Virus record (IMG/VR): IMGVR_UViG_3300033121_000264
Coordinates: 40,686-104,685 of that record
Direction: 5' to 3' (one strand)
From: a virus
Lineage: Duplodnaviria; Caudoviricetes
DNA length: 64,000 nucleotides
Part shown: one piece after another, positions 37,457 through 46,220 of the stretch
How the letters are laid out: each line of letters begins with the position of its first letter
How positions within the stretch are numbered: the stretch's first letter is position 1
Position numbers and translations under genes: made by a program
Notes under the pieces: generated by a model
The model's input: the letters and a program-made list of their open reading frames with translations, nothing else
Databases searched by the model: none
Told to the model about the DNA's origin: nothing

Positions 37457-38511
37457 TACAGTCTTTCGTAAGCAGAAGTTATCATCATTCTAATTAATGT
37501 ATCTAAATTAACTGTGCGATGCCAACCTAATACTAGATTAGCCTTAGAAGCATCACCCTTAAGATAATCTACTTCACTTGGACGTTTTAATGAATCGTCA
37601 ATGTCAACCCACTTCATATAGTCTTCTCCAATATACTCAAATGCTTTTCGCACAAAGTCTTCAATTTTAGTTGTCTCACCCGTTGCAATAACATAATCAT
37701 CCGGTTTATCTTGTTGTAGCATAAGCCACATGGCTTGTACATAATCGCCGGCAAAACCAAAATCTCTATAACTATCTAGATTACCTAATTTTAATTTTCC
37801 AATCTTATTCTTTCCACCATTATGTAATTTAGCGACATACTTACAAACCTTTTGTGTAAGAAACTCGTCGCCTCTACGTGGCCCCTCATGATTAAACAAA
37901 ATTCCGCATGAAGCGTGAATACCATATGCTTTTCTATAATTGTTTACTAAGTAGTGTGCTGCTGTTTTAGCTACTGCGTATGGAGACATTGGTGAAAAAG
38001 AAGTTCGTTCATCCTGATATTTATTAATAACTGGTTCTAAGTGGTCTGTATATAGTGTTGTATAGTTGTCCCCAAACATCTCACTTGTACTAGCCTGATA
38101 GATTCTAACAATATTAGGAAAAAGCCGTGAGGCTTCTAGTATGTTTAGTACGCCCTTGTAGTTTACGTCAAATGTATAGCCCGGTTGTTCAAAGCTAGTA
38201 TGTACGTGTGATTGGGCTGCCAGGTTATATATTTCTAATACTGGAGCATTATCATGATGATAAGAACCTCCACCTAAAAGCGAGTAGGCTTTATATATAG
38301 TTTTGTCTACTGAGAAGTAGTCCGTTACATCTCCCTCAACTAACTGAAAGTCCGGATTATTAATTACACCTTTTAATCGCCATAGATTATCGCTACTAGT
38401 ACGGCGTTTCATTCCTAATACTTTATAACCCTTAAGTAAAAGTAATTCTGCTAAATAACTTCCGTCCTGTCCATTTACACCTGTAATTAAAGCTACTTTA
38501 GGTTTATCCAT
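37456..38511 (-). CDS. gmd: GDP-mannose 4,6-dehydratase
   Basis: ALITGVNGQDGSYLAELLL, NLAAQSHV, QASTSEMFG, SPYAVAK, GILFNHE. Confidence 0.95.
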   Translation of the reverse strand: MDKPKVALITGVNGQDGSYLAELLLLKGYKVLGMKRRTSSDNLWRLKGVINNPDFQLVEGDVTDYFSVDKTIYKAYSLLGGGSYHHDNAPVLEIYNLAAQSHVHTSFEQPGYTFDVNYKGVLNILEASRLFPNIVRIYQASTSEMFGDNYTTLYTDHLEPVINKYQDERTSFSPMSPYAVAKTAAHYLVNNYRKAYGIHASCGILFNHEGPRRGDEFLTQKVCKYVAKLHNGGKNKIGKLKLGNLDSYRDFGFAGDYVQAMWLMLQQDKPDDYVIATGETTKIEDFVRKAFEYIGEDYMKWVDIDDSLKRPSEVDYLKGDASKANLVLGWHRTVNLDTLIRMMITSAYERL

Positions 38512-39442
38512 TATTGTCCTCTTTTAATGTTTCACTATTTAGTATTGGTTGGTCCACAGTCCCATCTATATATGTATGATATTCGCCCAAGTCATTTAGC
38601 GCTTTCTTAGAAGATAAAGATATTAGTTCCGCCTCGGTTGACATACGTTGTTTTTCCTTGGCGTTTTCAAATTGTTTTAATAGTCCAATAAAAGTCTTTT
38701 TTCTATCTTCAATATCCTTATATCGCTGGTCTCTTGTTACTTTTAAGTCCCGGTTCATCTTCTGATGTTTGTCAAGCAACTCATTATATTCTTTTGTCCG
38801 GGTCATCTGACTACTACGAATGCCCTGAATTTGGGCCATAATAGCTGCCGTATAAGTTCTATGTTGACTAAGTAAAAAGCCCTTATCTTTTTCGCCCAAC
38901 TCAGATTCTTCGATTTCCTTATCCTTATCTAACGCCTTATTAAGTTCCTTATCTAGTCGGGCCAACTCACCATCAATTTTAAACTTTTCCTTTAGGTTAC
39001 GATGCATCATAATTTCAAGGTCAATAGTCTTACATATCTGGCTTTCTTCTGAGTGAGTCACATCCCAATTAAACTGCTCTAAGAATTTGGCCCAGTGATA
39101 TAAGTACAACTCTAATTCGCGTTCTGAGTATTGTTGTTTAAGTTCGGCCCAGAAGGGTTTTGTTTTTAAGTCCTTAAACGCCTCTTTATTTTCTAGGCGA
39201 TTGAGTGTTTCGTGCTTATCATCTATTAATGAGTCGAGATGCTTCTGAACTACTTCTACAGTTCTATTAAGTTGTTGGGCAATTTCATCTGCACTTAGAC
39301 TATGCATGTTAGTATTCATGAAGTTAATTTCTTCAATACTAAACTTACCTCGCTTACGACCGCTCTGTTGTACAACTATGTCCGATGTGTCTGGTTTAGG
39401 TGTTTCGCCCTTAGGTGTTTCATTCACTAGATTGTCTGCCAT
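38504..39442 (-). CDS. HTH + coiled-coil protein (terminase small subunit candidate)
   Basis: KRGKFSIEE...EIAQQLNRT HTH; upstream of TerL. Confidence 0.4.
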   Translation of the reverse strand: MADNLVNETPKGETPKPDTSDIVVQQSGRKRGKFSIEEINFMNTNMHSLSADEIAQQLNRTVEVVQKHLDSLIDDKHETLNRLENKEAFKDLKTKPFWAELKQQYSERELELYLYHWAKFLEQFNWDVTHSEESQICKTIDLEIMMHRNLKEKFKIDGELARLDKELNKALDKDKEIEESELGEKDKGFLLSQHRTYTAAIMAQIQGIRSSQMTRTKEYNELLDKHQKMNRDLKVTRDQRYKDIEDRKKTFIGLLKQFENAKEKQRMSTEAELISLSSKKALNDLGEYHTYIDGTVDQPILNSETLKEDNNG

Positions 39443-40082
39443 AGAATTCCTTTATTAACTCTTGTACTGTATGTCTAATTAACTCTTGACGTTGTTTGGT
39501 TAGTTTGGCCTGATGTGATGGTTTGGCTCCAAAATTAGTAATCATCTTAAGATAGTCTGCTCTCATTTCGGCAGGCAAGTGTTCGTCAATGTAGTCCTTT
39601 AATTGTTCCGTCTCAAATTTTTCCTCAACCTCAAAATTTTCCTTCATTCCTCTTTCATTCTCATCATCTATGTCGCCTATATTTACGCAATCAACCAAAT
39701 TCTTCTTGGTATGATTTAAAGTGAACCAGGTATTATACTTATCACATTCCATCTTATCGGTAAAGCCCATACACTGATTCGTCGTTTTTTTACATAACTC
39801 ATCATATAAAGGGCAGGCGTGACAAGGCATTGCGGTCCTAAAATACTTATTACGCTTTAGATTGATAAATCGACTTTTAATATACACTCTTAAAAAGTTC
39901 TCAAGCGGCCTATCCTCGTCATATCTTCCATCATTAATCACATCTAATGCTAAAATGGTTCCCTCTTGCTTTAAGTCATCAACATCATAATACCCAAATT
40001 TAAATTGTTTGCTTAATTGTCCTACTACTTTATCTATTATTGCTAGTGCCTGTTCCTCTGAGTAATTCTTCAATTTTTTCAC
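39420..40082 (-). CDS. sigma70-family-like factor (region 2) with Cys cluster
   Basis: DVDDLKQEG...YDEDRPLENFLRVYIKSRFINLKR resembles sigma region 2. Confidence 0.65.
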   Translation of the reverse strand: MKKLKNYSEEQALAIIDKVVGQLSKQFKFGYYDVDDLKQEGTILALDVINDGRYDEDRPLENFLRVYIKSRFINLKRNKYFRTAMPCHACPLYDELCKKTTNQCMGFTDKMECDKYNTWFTLNHTKKNLVDCVNIGDIDDENERGMKENFEVEEKFETEQLKDYIDEHLPAEMRADYLKMITNFGAKPSHQAKLTKQRQELIRHTVQELIKEFYGRQSSE

Positions 40083-40302
40083 GTTCTTCCTCCTCTGTCA
40101 TTTTCTGATTTAGTTCAGCGGTAGTTTTTTCCAAACTGTCTTTATCTTCCTTCATAACCACTTCGCTAGCAGTTAGTTTTCCTTTTCCGCATTTTTTACC
40201 ACCACAACATTTTTCTTTGATTGTATCTTTTTTCATTTCATTTACCTTTGCTATTAAGTTATCTTGCACTGTAGTATTATATTCTTTGTATTCGTAGTTC
40301 AT
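40030..40302 (-). CDS. hypothetical protein
   Basis: 90 aa, Lys/Glu-rich. Confidence 0.45.
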   Translation of the reverse strand: MNYEYKEYNTTVQDNLIAKVNEMKKDTIKEKCCGGKKCGKGKLTASEVVMKEDKDSLEKTTAELNQKMTEEEEREKIEELLRGTGTSNNR

Positions 40303-40357
40303 TCTTCATGAGAGAGTATAAAGAATTATATTAAGGGTAATGAGGAGAGATTAGGTG

Positions 40358-40948
40358 TTACAAACGTAATTCATATCCGTTATGTTTTTTGGAATGACAA
40401 TTAGCACAAATTACTTCACATTTTTTAATTTCTTCTAGTATATCTATTAATGTATATTTACTACTATTTTTCATTGTTGATAGGTCTGCAACTTTAGTTT
40501 TAGGATTTATATGATGAAAATCTAATGAAGCATAAAAACTTTCTCCACACTTACAAGAGTTTTGTTTTTTTACTTCTCTAATTAGTTTATCTTTTTTAGT
40601 ATTCCCTAAATATAGAGGGTTAGAATGTTGTTTTCTATGACAATTGTGACATAATACTTCACATTTCTTTATCTCTGCTTCAATTCTTTTTTTATTCATA
40701 GTAATTTTGAGAATTTTAGAAATTGTAAATTTTTTATTTTCTAAATGATGGAAACATAAACATATTGGATTATTCTCTTTGCATTGTTTACATTCTATTT
40801 TGAAGGTATCAATCCACGCTTTTAAAATTTGTCTTTGTTTTTTTCTATTTAATTTATTATACAAACGAACTTTAGGTAGAATAATATCTTTATTTGCATA
40901 ATATCTTTTTAAACTTCTTTCTCTATCTTTATCTGAACTTTTATACAT
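40358..40948 (-). CDS. tandem double-HNH endonuclease
   Basis: Two repeats: FHHL...KCEVLCHNCH and FHHINP...KCEVICANCH. Confidence 0.85.
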   Translation of the reverse strand: MYKSSDKDRERSLKRYYANKDIILPKVRLYNKLNRKKQRQILKAWIDTFKIECKQCKENNPICLCFHHLENKKFTISKILKITMNKKRIEAEIKKCEVLCHNCHRKQHSNPLYLGNTKKDKLIREVKKQNSCKCGESFYASLDFHHINPKTKVADLSTMKNSSKYTLIDILEEIKKCEVICANCHSKKHNGYELRL

Positions 40949-41161
40949 AAATATCTCCTATACGGAAAAACCCCTCCTAGGTATAATACACCACCAACAA
41001 ATGAGAATTAAAAAGATTAAATATAGATAGATTAGCTGAGACAAATTCAATTTTTGTCAGTTGATTTCGTTTGAATGCCCCCAACATTCACGACCCACCC
41101 ACAGGTAGTATATTTTGAATGAATAAACGGGCACCCCTATGCCTCATGATGATACATATTG

Positions 41162-41237
41162 TAAGGTGTTGCTATCAATAGACTTATGTATGTGTGATAC
41201 GCCGGCCCTCCCTAAGTCCTTACGCTGTAAGGGTTTA
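41162..41237. repeat. 76-bp paired-box element copy 1 (degenerate centre)
   Basis: TAAGGTGTT-N7-ATAGACTTA and TAAGTCCTT-N7-AAGGGTTTA, starts 51 bp apart. Confidence 0.75.
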
Positions 41238-41241
41238 CGAC

Positions 41242-41256
41242 TGGCACGATAGTTGC
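41242..41256 (+). promoter_or_regulatory. sigma54-like -24/-12 motif
   Basis: TGGCACGATAGTTGC matches TGGCACG-N4-TTGC. Confidence 0.55.
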
Positions 41257-41325
41257 CTTGGCCTCATAGCAAATACAATGCCATACCAAACAGAATAATT
41301 CTACAAGAATAATAGTAGATAGTTG

Positions 41326-41350
41326 TAAGTCCTTACGCACAACCAGGTTA
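41326..41350. repeat. solo 25-bp box
   Basis: TAAGTCCTT-ACGCACA-ACCAGGTTA. Confidence 0.65.
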
Positions 41351-41525
41351 TAGCTAAGTAGCAAATATCATACCGTAACACTCTCATAATAAAATGTTTA
41401 TTTTCTTGGAAATATTTCTTTTAGATATTTTGTTTTCTTTTGTGGAATTGTTCTGGACACGATAGGGATAGGTCGATAGAATACATAGAGACAAGAAAAG
41501 AACACTAAAGAGAAGGAAACGAACA

Positions 41526-41708
41526 ATGCCTAAGCTATTCTCCAAGAAGTCGATGCGTGAAGCGGTTGTCAAGATGCATCCCGTTATTGAGAACGGCCAG
41601 CACGTTTGGGTTGTGAGCAAGGGGTGGAAGTCCAAATATGCTTGGCCGGCCAATGGTATGTCAAGCCTAGAAATTGCCAAAAAAATGATGGAAAACTGGC
41701 AAGATTAA
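41526..41708 (+). CDS. early hypothetical protein
   Basis: AAGGA RBS, 60 aa. Confidence 0.6.
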   Translation: MPKLFSKKSMREAVVKMHPVIENGQHVWVVSKGWKSKYAWPANGMSSLEIAKKMMENWQD

Positions 41709-41780
41709 GGGTTGACAAAACCGATACTAAGTGTAGAATTGAAGCATACAAAGAAACGATAACACGAAGGAGATTGAAAG

Positions 41781-42026
41781 ATGGCTAAGCATGTTAAGAC
41801 GGTTTCGAGCTGGGATTTGTTTTCCGCTACTGTGTTGGGTGTCGATGTGGCACCTAGCAAGGGTGTGCAATTGAGCTACGGCGGTAAGATTCGTCGTGGT
41901 ACGGTTGAACGTATCGGACAACGTGAAGATGGTTCGATTGTGTTGAACGTGGAAACGCAAGACGGTTTCCGCAACTTCGATGCAGACTTGATTGAATCTT
42001 TCGAGATTCTGGAATTAGTTCTCTAA
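41781..42026 (+). CDS. early hypothetical protein (small SH3/WYL-like beta barrel possible)
   Basis: Own promoter, AGGAG RBS; LSYGGKIRRG...GFRNF pattern. Confidence 0.65.
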   Translation: MAKHVKTVSSWDLFSATVLGVDVAPSKGVQLSYGGKIRRGTVERIGQREDGSIVLNVETQDGFRNFDADLIESFEILELVL

Positions 42027-42109
42027 GTCTAGTTGACAAAGAGAGAGGCATCGGCTACAATTGGGTAGTCGATAGGATAACAGGAAAAGAAAAAGCCAGA
42101 GGTATTAGA

Positions 42110-42328
42110 ATGAGCATTGTAAACAGTACCGAATTGACGATTGCCGCAGTACGTGGTATGAGTGTTCGTCTGTTTGGTGAATCGTATGGTACGATTGATT
42201 ACCATGATGGTTTGTGGTTTCTTACCATTGGCGGTATACTGTATCACTTCGACGGTGAGGTACTAGATGAGATTAACTATGCTATGGCATATGCTTATCG
42301 TGAGTTGATACGCGAGGGGAAGGTGTGA
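42110..42328 (+). CDS. early hypothetical protein
   Basis: Own promoter, GAGG RBS. Confidence 0.6.
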   Translation: MSIVNSTELTIAAVRGMSVRLFGESYGTIDYHDGLWFLTIGGILYHFDGEVLDEINYAMAYAYRELIREGKV

Positions 42329-42377
42329 GCGTCACACCTAATGCAGACGCATAGGGCCGCCAGTAGAGGGGTACACA

Positions 42378-42593
42378 ATGGGAATGATGACTATAACGGA
42401 GATGCGAGACATGGTAAGTAGTCTAGAAGTTTCGATTATGCGAAATGAGCAACATCGTGAAGAAGCTCCCCATAACGACAAACGTGAATATTTCCAGTCG
42501 ATTATTGACGCCCAAAAATCGGCCAAACGATACTATGAAAAACGTATCGAAGAAGTTGGATTTGATAATATTGAGGAATTTTCTCAAAAATAA
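42378..42593 (+). CDS. early hypothetical protein
   Basis: GAGGGG RBS; ends just before element copy 2. Confidence 0.55.
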   Translation: MGMMTITEMRDMVSSLEVSIMRNEQHREEAPHNDKREYFQSIIDAQKSAKRYYEKRIEEVGFDNIEEFSQK

Positions 42594-42624
42594 CTCCGGC
42601 ACAGTAAATGCCTCTTGACAACCC

Positions 42625-42700
42625 TAAGTCCTTATAGGATAAGGGGTTAGGTCGCCGGGGCGCGTCCCCTCGCTCTAAGTCCTTACATATCAAGGGTTTA
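42625..42700. repeat. 76-bp paired-box element copy 2
   Basis: TAAGTCCTT-N7-AAGGGGTTA, N7, GGGGCGCGTCCC, N7, TAAGTCCTT-N7-AAGGGTTTA. Confidence 0.9.
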
Positions 42701-42872
42701 CGTTCCGGCATGAAAAATGCCTAGTCAAGAAAAAAGATTTTGCGTGCCTGGCATAAGAATTATTTTCTCGGCTTTTTTGAAAATATTTTCGATTTTGCTA
42801 TTGTGTTTTGTTGGAACGGACGATATAGTATGTAGAGTAATTGATTAAGTGATTGGTTTGAAAGGTTTGAAG

Positions 42873-43082
42873 ATGAAGATTGAAATTGGTGGTCGTGAAG
42901 TTTCCCGTAAGTCTTGCGAAGTTTGCAACGTGCTGTCGTTTGATTATCCGGATTTTTGTGATGCGTATATTGAATATGCCGAATTTGTCGATGGTGGTGA
43001 ATTGAACGATGAGCAGCTAGAAATTCTGAATGAAGAAAATTCTATGCTAGTTCACGAATTAGCTCACGAATCGCAATTTTAA
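42873..43082 (+). CDS. early acidic hypothetical protein
   Basis: ATG after AAAGG; DYPDFCDAYI motif. Confidence 0.6.
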   Translation: MKIEIGGREVSRKSCEVCNVLSFDYPDFCDAYIEYAEFVDGGELNDEQLEILNEENSMLVHELAHESQF

Positions 43083-43152
43083 GTATTGACGCAAGGTTAA
43101 ACAGCCGATAAAATCAGTAGAGTGATACAGTAAAGGTTTTAAGGGTAGAACG

Positions 43153-43347
43153 ATGAGCATTGAAAAGAAATTGATTGAAGCAACGAACGCTGGCGACTAT
43201 GCTGGTTTCGGCAAACATCGCCGGATTGTTAAGGAAACGGAAATTTCGGTGCCGGAAAAGTTTTGCGGTACTGAGATGGAATATGAGCGGTACGTTTCCG
43301 CTTACAAACGGTCGAATCGTGACGCATACGAAGAATACGCGGAGTAA
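43153..43347 (+). CDS. early hypothetical protein
   Basis: Own promoter and RBS. Confidence 0.6.
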   Translation: MSIEKKLIEATNAGDYAGFGKHRRIVKETEISVPEKFCGTEMEYERYVSAYKRSNRDAYEEYAE

Positions 43348-43533
43348 ATAAAATGGGTACTTTGCCGCCAGACGGTATGGTTATCGTAACTTTGTCAATC
43401 GTCGCCTTTGTTTTTATGGTGATTATTATTTGGGATGATATTCGTAAAAATTAGAAATTAGGGTTGACAAATTCGGCCCGGTTGCTAAAATCAGTAGAGT
43501 AACGAAAAACGACTTTTCTTAAGGAATACAAAA

Positions 43534-43752
43534 ATGTCAGAAGCTGAACTAGTTGTCAAGGCTTTAGCTGCTCATTTGCGAGATTTAGCAGATATTTGTT
43601 TAAGAGAAGATAATGACGGCCGTGGCGAATTATATTTAATCGCAGCGAAAGAATGCGAATCTGCTCTTGACGGCAAATATGGTTGGTCGTTAGAATTGTG
43701 GAAAGAATTAAAAGAATTACGCGAAGCAAACGAAGATGCACGTTCTTTGTAG
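43534..43752 (+). CDS. early hypothetical protein
   Basis: Own promoter, AAGGA RBS. Confidence 0.6.
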   Translation: MSEAELVVKALAAHLRDLADICLREDNDGRGELYLIAAKECESALDGKYGWSLELWKELKELREANEDARSL

Positions 43753-43827
43753 ATTCTGAAAATAGGTATTGACAAGCCTAGAAACAGTCGATACAATACA
43801 TAGAACAAAGGAAACAAAGGAAATAAG

Positions 43828-44004
43828 ATGAACGAACAAATTCAAAAAATGCTGGCCGAGCTACTTGATAGCAACGAACAAATTCTGAAATTGAGTGGGT
43901 CGAAAGTATCCCCCTCTGAAGAGGGGTTGGGAAACATTAACAACCATGCTTGCGATATTTATTTATTCGCAAAAAATCTGGAAAGACTATTGACGCAACA
44001 ATAA
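43828..44004 (+). CDS. early hypothetical protein (58 aa, below ORF-track cutoff)
   Basis: Own promoter at 43769, AAGGA RBS, MNEQIQKML... Confidence 0.55.
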   Translation: MNEQIQKMLAELLDSNEQILKLSGSKVSPSEEGLGNINNHACDIYLFAKNLERLLTQQ

Positions 44005-44053
44005 GCGGCCGATATAATTAGTAGAGTAACGAACAACGTAAAGGAATAGAAAA

Positions 44054-44269
44054 ATGCTGTACGACAACGAAGAACAATACAACGACGCCCGCGAATACTA
44101 CGAAGGTAACGATTACGACAATTGGGAAAACGAGCAAGTTTTCCAAGATAACGAGGGCGAGGAAGACTGGGGGGGCGAGGAAGATTCGTATGACCCCGGG
44201 GAATACGAGGCCAGCGACGAGGACGATGTTTACGGATGGGACGAGGACGATGGAAGGTGGGACGAATAG
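44054..44269 (+). CDS. extremely acidic small protein
   Basis: 31 of 71 residues D/E; own promoter and AAGGA RBS. Confidence 0.65.
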   Translation: MLYDNEEQYNDAREYYEGNDYDNWENEQVFQDNEGEEDWGGEEDSYDPGEYEASDEDDVYGWDEDDGRWDE

Positions 44270-44278
44270 GTAAAATAC

Positions 44279-44412
44279 GAGGATGGGACGGTCTGGCACC
44301 GTGCTAGTTTAGGGGAAATGTGCAAGCTACACAAAGTACCCAAAACTTACTAGCTGGATACTAGTTAAGCTAGGAAAATAGGATAAAGTGGGTTCGACCC
44401 CCACCATTCTCA
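44279..44412 (+). ncRNA. tRNA-like RNA with expanded anticodon domain
   Basis: Acceptor GAGGATG/CATTCTC, D-arm ACGG/CCGT, stem CTAGTTTA/TAAGCTAG enclosing about 55 nt, T-arm GTGGG-TTCGACC-CCCAC. Confidence 0.55.
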
Positions 44413-44501
44413 GCAAATAAGTAGAATAGGTAGTCTGGGAAAACCTGGGTTGCCCATTTTATTTATATTAACAGTGAGAATGAGTCTCAATCTCGTCGTC
44501 C

Positions 44502-44577
44502 TAAGTCCTTTACTGGTAAGGGTTTACGTCTGGGGGCCGCGCACCGCCCACCTAAGTCTATATACAGTAAGGGTTTA
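44502..44577. repeat. 76-bp paired-box element copy 3
   Basis: TAAGTCCTT-N7-AAGGGTTTA, centre GGGCCGCGCACC, TAAGTCTAT-N7-AAGGGTTTA. Confidence 0.9.
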
Positions 44578-44718
44578 CAGTTTGGTATGGTATTTGCCTA
44601 TCGTTTTAAAAAATAATTGTGTGCCGGGCATGAGAATTCTTTTCTGACCTATTTTGGAAAATTGTAGCGAGTGGCGTTGACAGGCGGCCGATAATTATGG
44701 TAGACTCAGTGAGTCAAG

Positions 44719-44937
44719 ATGATTCATTATATGAGGTTTATTATGGTTATTCGTACTGATTTTCAATTGTTGATTCACGACTTAGCCTGCTGCCAACTAA
44801 TGAAGAAAAAAGATTTAGATAGGTGCTTAACAGAACGTGGTTCAAACTCTATCATCGTGCTTGGCACCGTTCGCACAATTAAGTGGAAAAGCGAGGGGGC
44901 TGGATACTACAAGGTTTTTACGGTTCCGTTTGAATAG
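44719..44937 (+). CDS. early hypothetical protein
   Basis: Promoter at 44677; start may be a downstream ATG. Confidence 0.55.
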   Translation: MIHYMRFIMVIRTDFQLLIHDLACCQLMKKKDLDRCLTERGSNSIIVLGTVRTIKWKSEGAGYYKVFTVPFE

Positions 44938-45095
44938 GTGAAACTATAACCATTGATTTTACGTTTGCACGGTATCGAATGCCGCACCGCAGAAACCGTG
45001 ATTGCAGAAAATATTTTGCGAGACTAGTTGACAAGGTTTCGGCCAGTCGCTACAATTCACTAATCGAACGAAGAACACTTTAAGGAGATAGAAAA

Positions 45096-45515
45096 ATGAC
45101 GAATTTGATTCAACCGGGAATTACGCTGAACAATGGGGAAGTGATTGGTTCGATGAGCGACCTAGATTGTTTCCGCCAGTTCAGTTTTGACGCATCGACC
45201 TATATTGATGCAATCAATGCTGACAACGGAATCCAGTTGAGCAAGCCGAAAAATGGGAACGGACACAATAAGCCGATTTACCGGATTGCGAAGATTGGGA
45301 AAACCCAACGGGCTGCGACGGTTAAGAAAGAACGGAAAGCTACGAAGGCTGAGAATCTTGCGAAGTATATGAAAGAGGCGGAAGCTGGATTACCTTTGAG
45401 TGTTTGCAGCGACGACGAACTCTGCGACCGTATGGTCGCCGTGTTAAGCAAGCAAGGTAAGGACGGTTTGAAGTTTGGGGCGGTCGATGGCAAATGGGAT
45501 GGCGATGAAAACTAA
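45096..45515 (+). CDS. early hypothetical protein
   Basis: Own promoter, AAGGAG RBS, 139 aa. Confidence 0.7.
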   Translation: MTNLIQPGITLNNGEVIGSMSDLDCFRQFSFDASTYIDAINADNGIQLSKPKNGNGHNKPIYRIAKIGKTQRAATVKKERKATKAENLAKYMKEAEAGLPLSVCSDDELCDRMVAVLSKQGKDGLKFGAVDGKWDGDEN

Positions 45516-45695
45516 GGGGAATAGATGATTAAGGTAATTTGGGTGGTGCTGCTGGAATGGGCCAGCAGCGTTGATTGCATGGGAGCCTTCTCTAATGAGA
45601 CTGAGGCTCAAGAACACTTGAACACTTTGTATGATTCGCTAGATTACCCAAAGTCTGCATTTAGCCTACAATCCACACGCTATAAGGAATAGACC

Positions 45696-45771
45696 TAAAG
45701 CCTTATGGTGTAAGGACTTAGGTGGCCGGGGCGCACCCCGTCGATGTAACCATATATACAGTAACACTTTA
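45696..45771. repeat. 76-bp paired-box element copy 4
   Basis: TAAAGCCTT-N7-AAGGACTTA, centre GGGGCGCACCCC, TAACCATAT-N7-AACACTTTA. Confidence 0.85.
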
Positions 45772-45855
45772 CATCTTTAAATTTTGCCTATTGACATATT
45801 GGATAAAATGACGATAATATTGGTATAGCTCACAACATTGGAAGGATAGATAAGA

Positions 45856-46101
45856 ATGAAAATCTACGTGCTTTGCGATACTTACGTTGATTACGGGCAA
45901 TATGACCGAGATACGGAAATTGAGCAATTTAAGGATGTTGCGTCAATTGAGAAGGTCGTGGTAATTTGGGCACAACAGGAAGTTAAGGCAAATAAGATAA
46001 GACCGGCAACTTGCAAAGTATACGACGATGTGGGGCTTTGCGTAGGTAGGGTAGATTTGAAGAAAACTGCGGCGGCTGGTAGGGTCGTGATGGCCCAATA
46101 A
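45856..46101 (+). CDS. early hypothetical protein
   Basis: Promoter at 45791, AAGGA RBS. Confidence 0.6.
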   Translation: MKIYVLCDTYVDYGQYDRDTEIEQFKDVASIEKVVVIWAQQEVKANKIRPATCKVYDDVGLCVGRVDLKKTAAAGRVVMAQ

Positions 46102-46220
46102 TTGTATCGGCTAATATATGCCGATTATGATAGAGCCCGCCATTGCAAGCGAAAAAGTGGCACTCGCAAGCTAATATTGTACTTGACAAAGCTATAACGA
46201 TTAGTATAATAGAGACATAT

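Noticed and set aside
44279-44412. tmRNA or intron-containing tRNA
   Set aside because: Too short, no Ala G3-U70 identity, no tag reading frame or group I core seen
44450-44647. ORFs spanning the paired-box elements (also 42502-42711, 52262-52609, 52308-52577)
   Set aside because: They run through regulatory repeats, lack an RBS and are not conserved between copies
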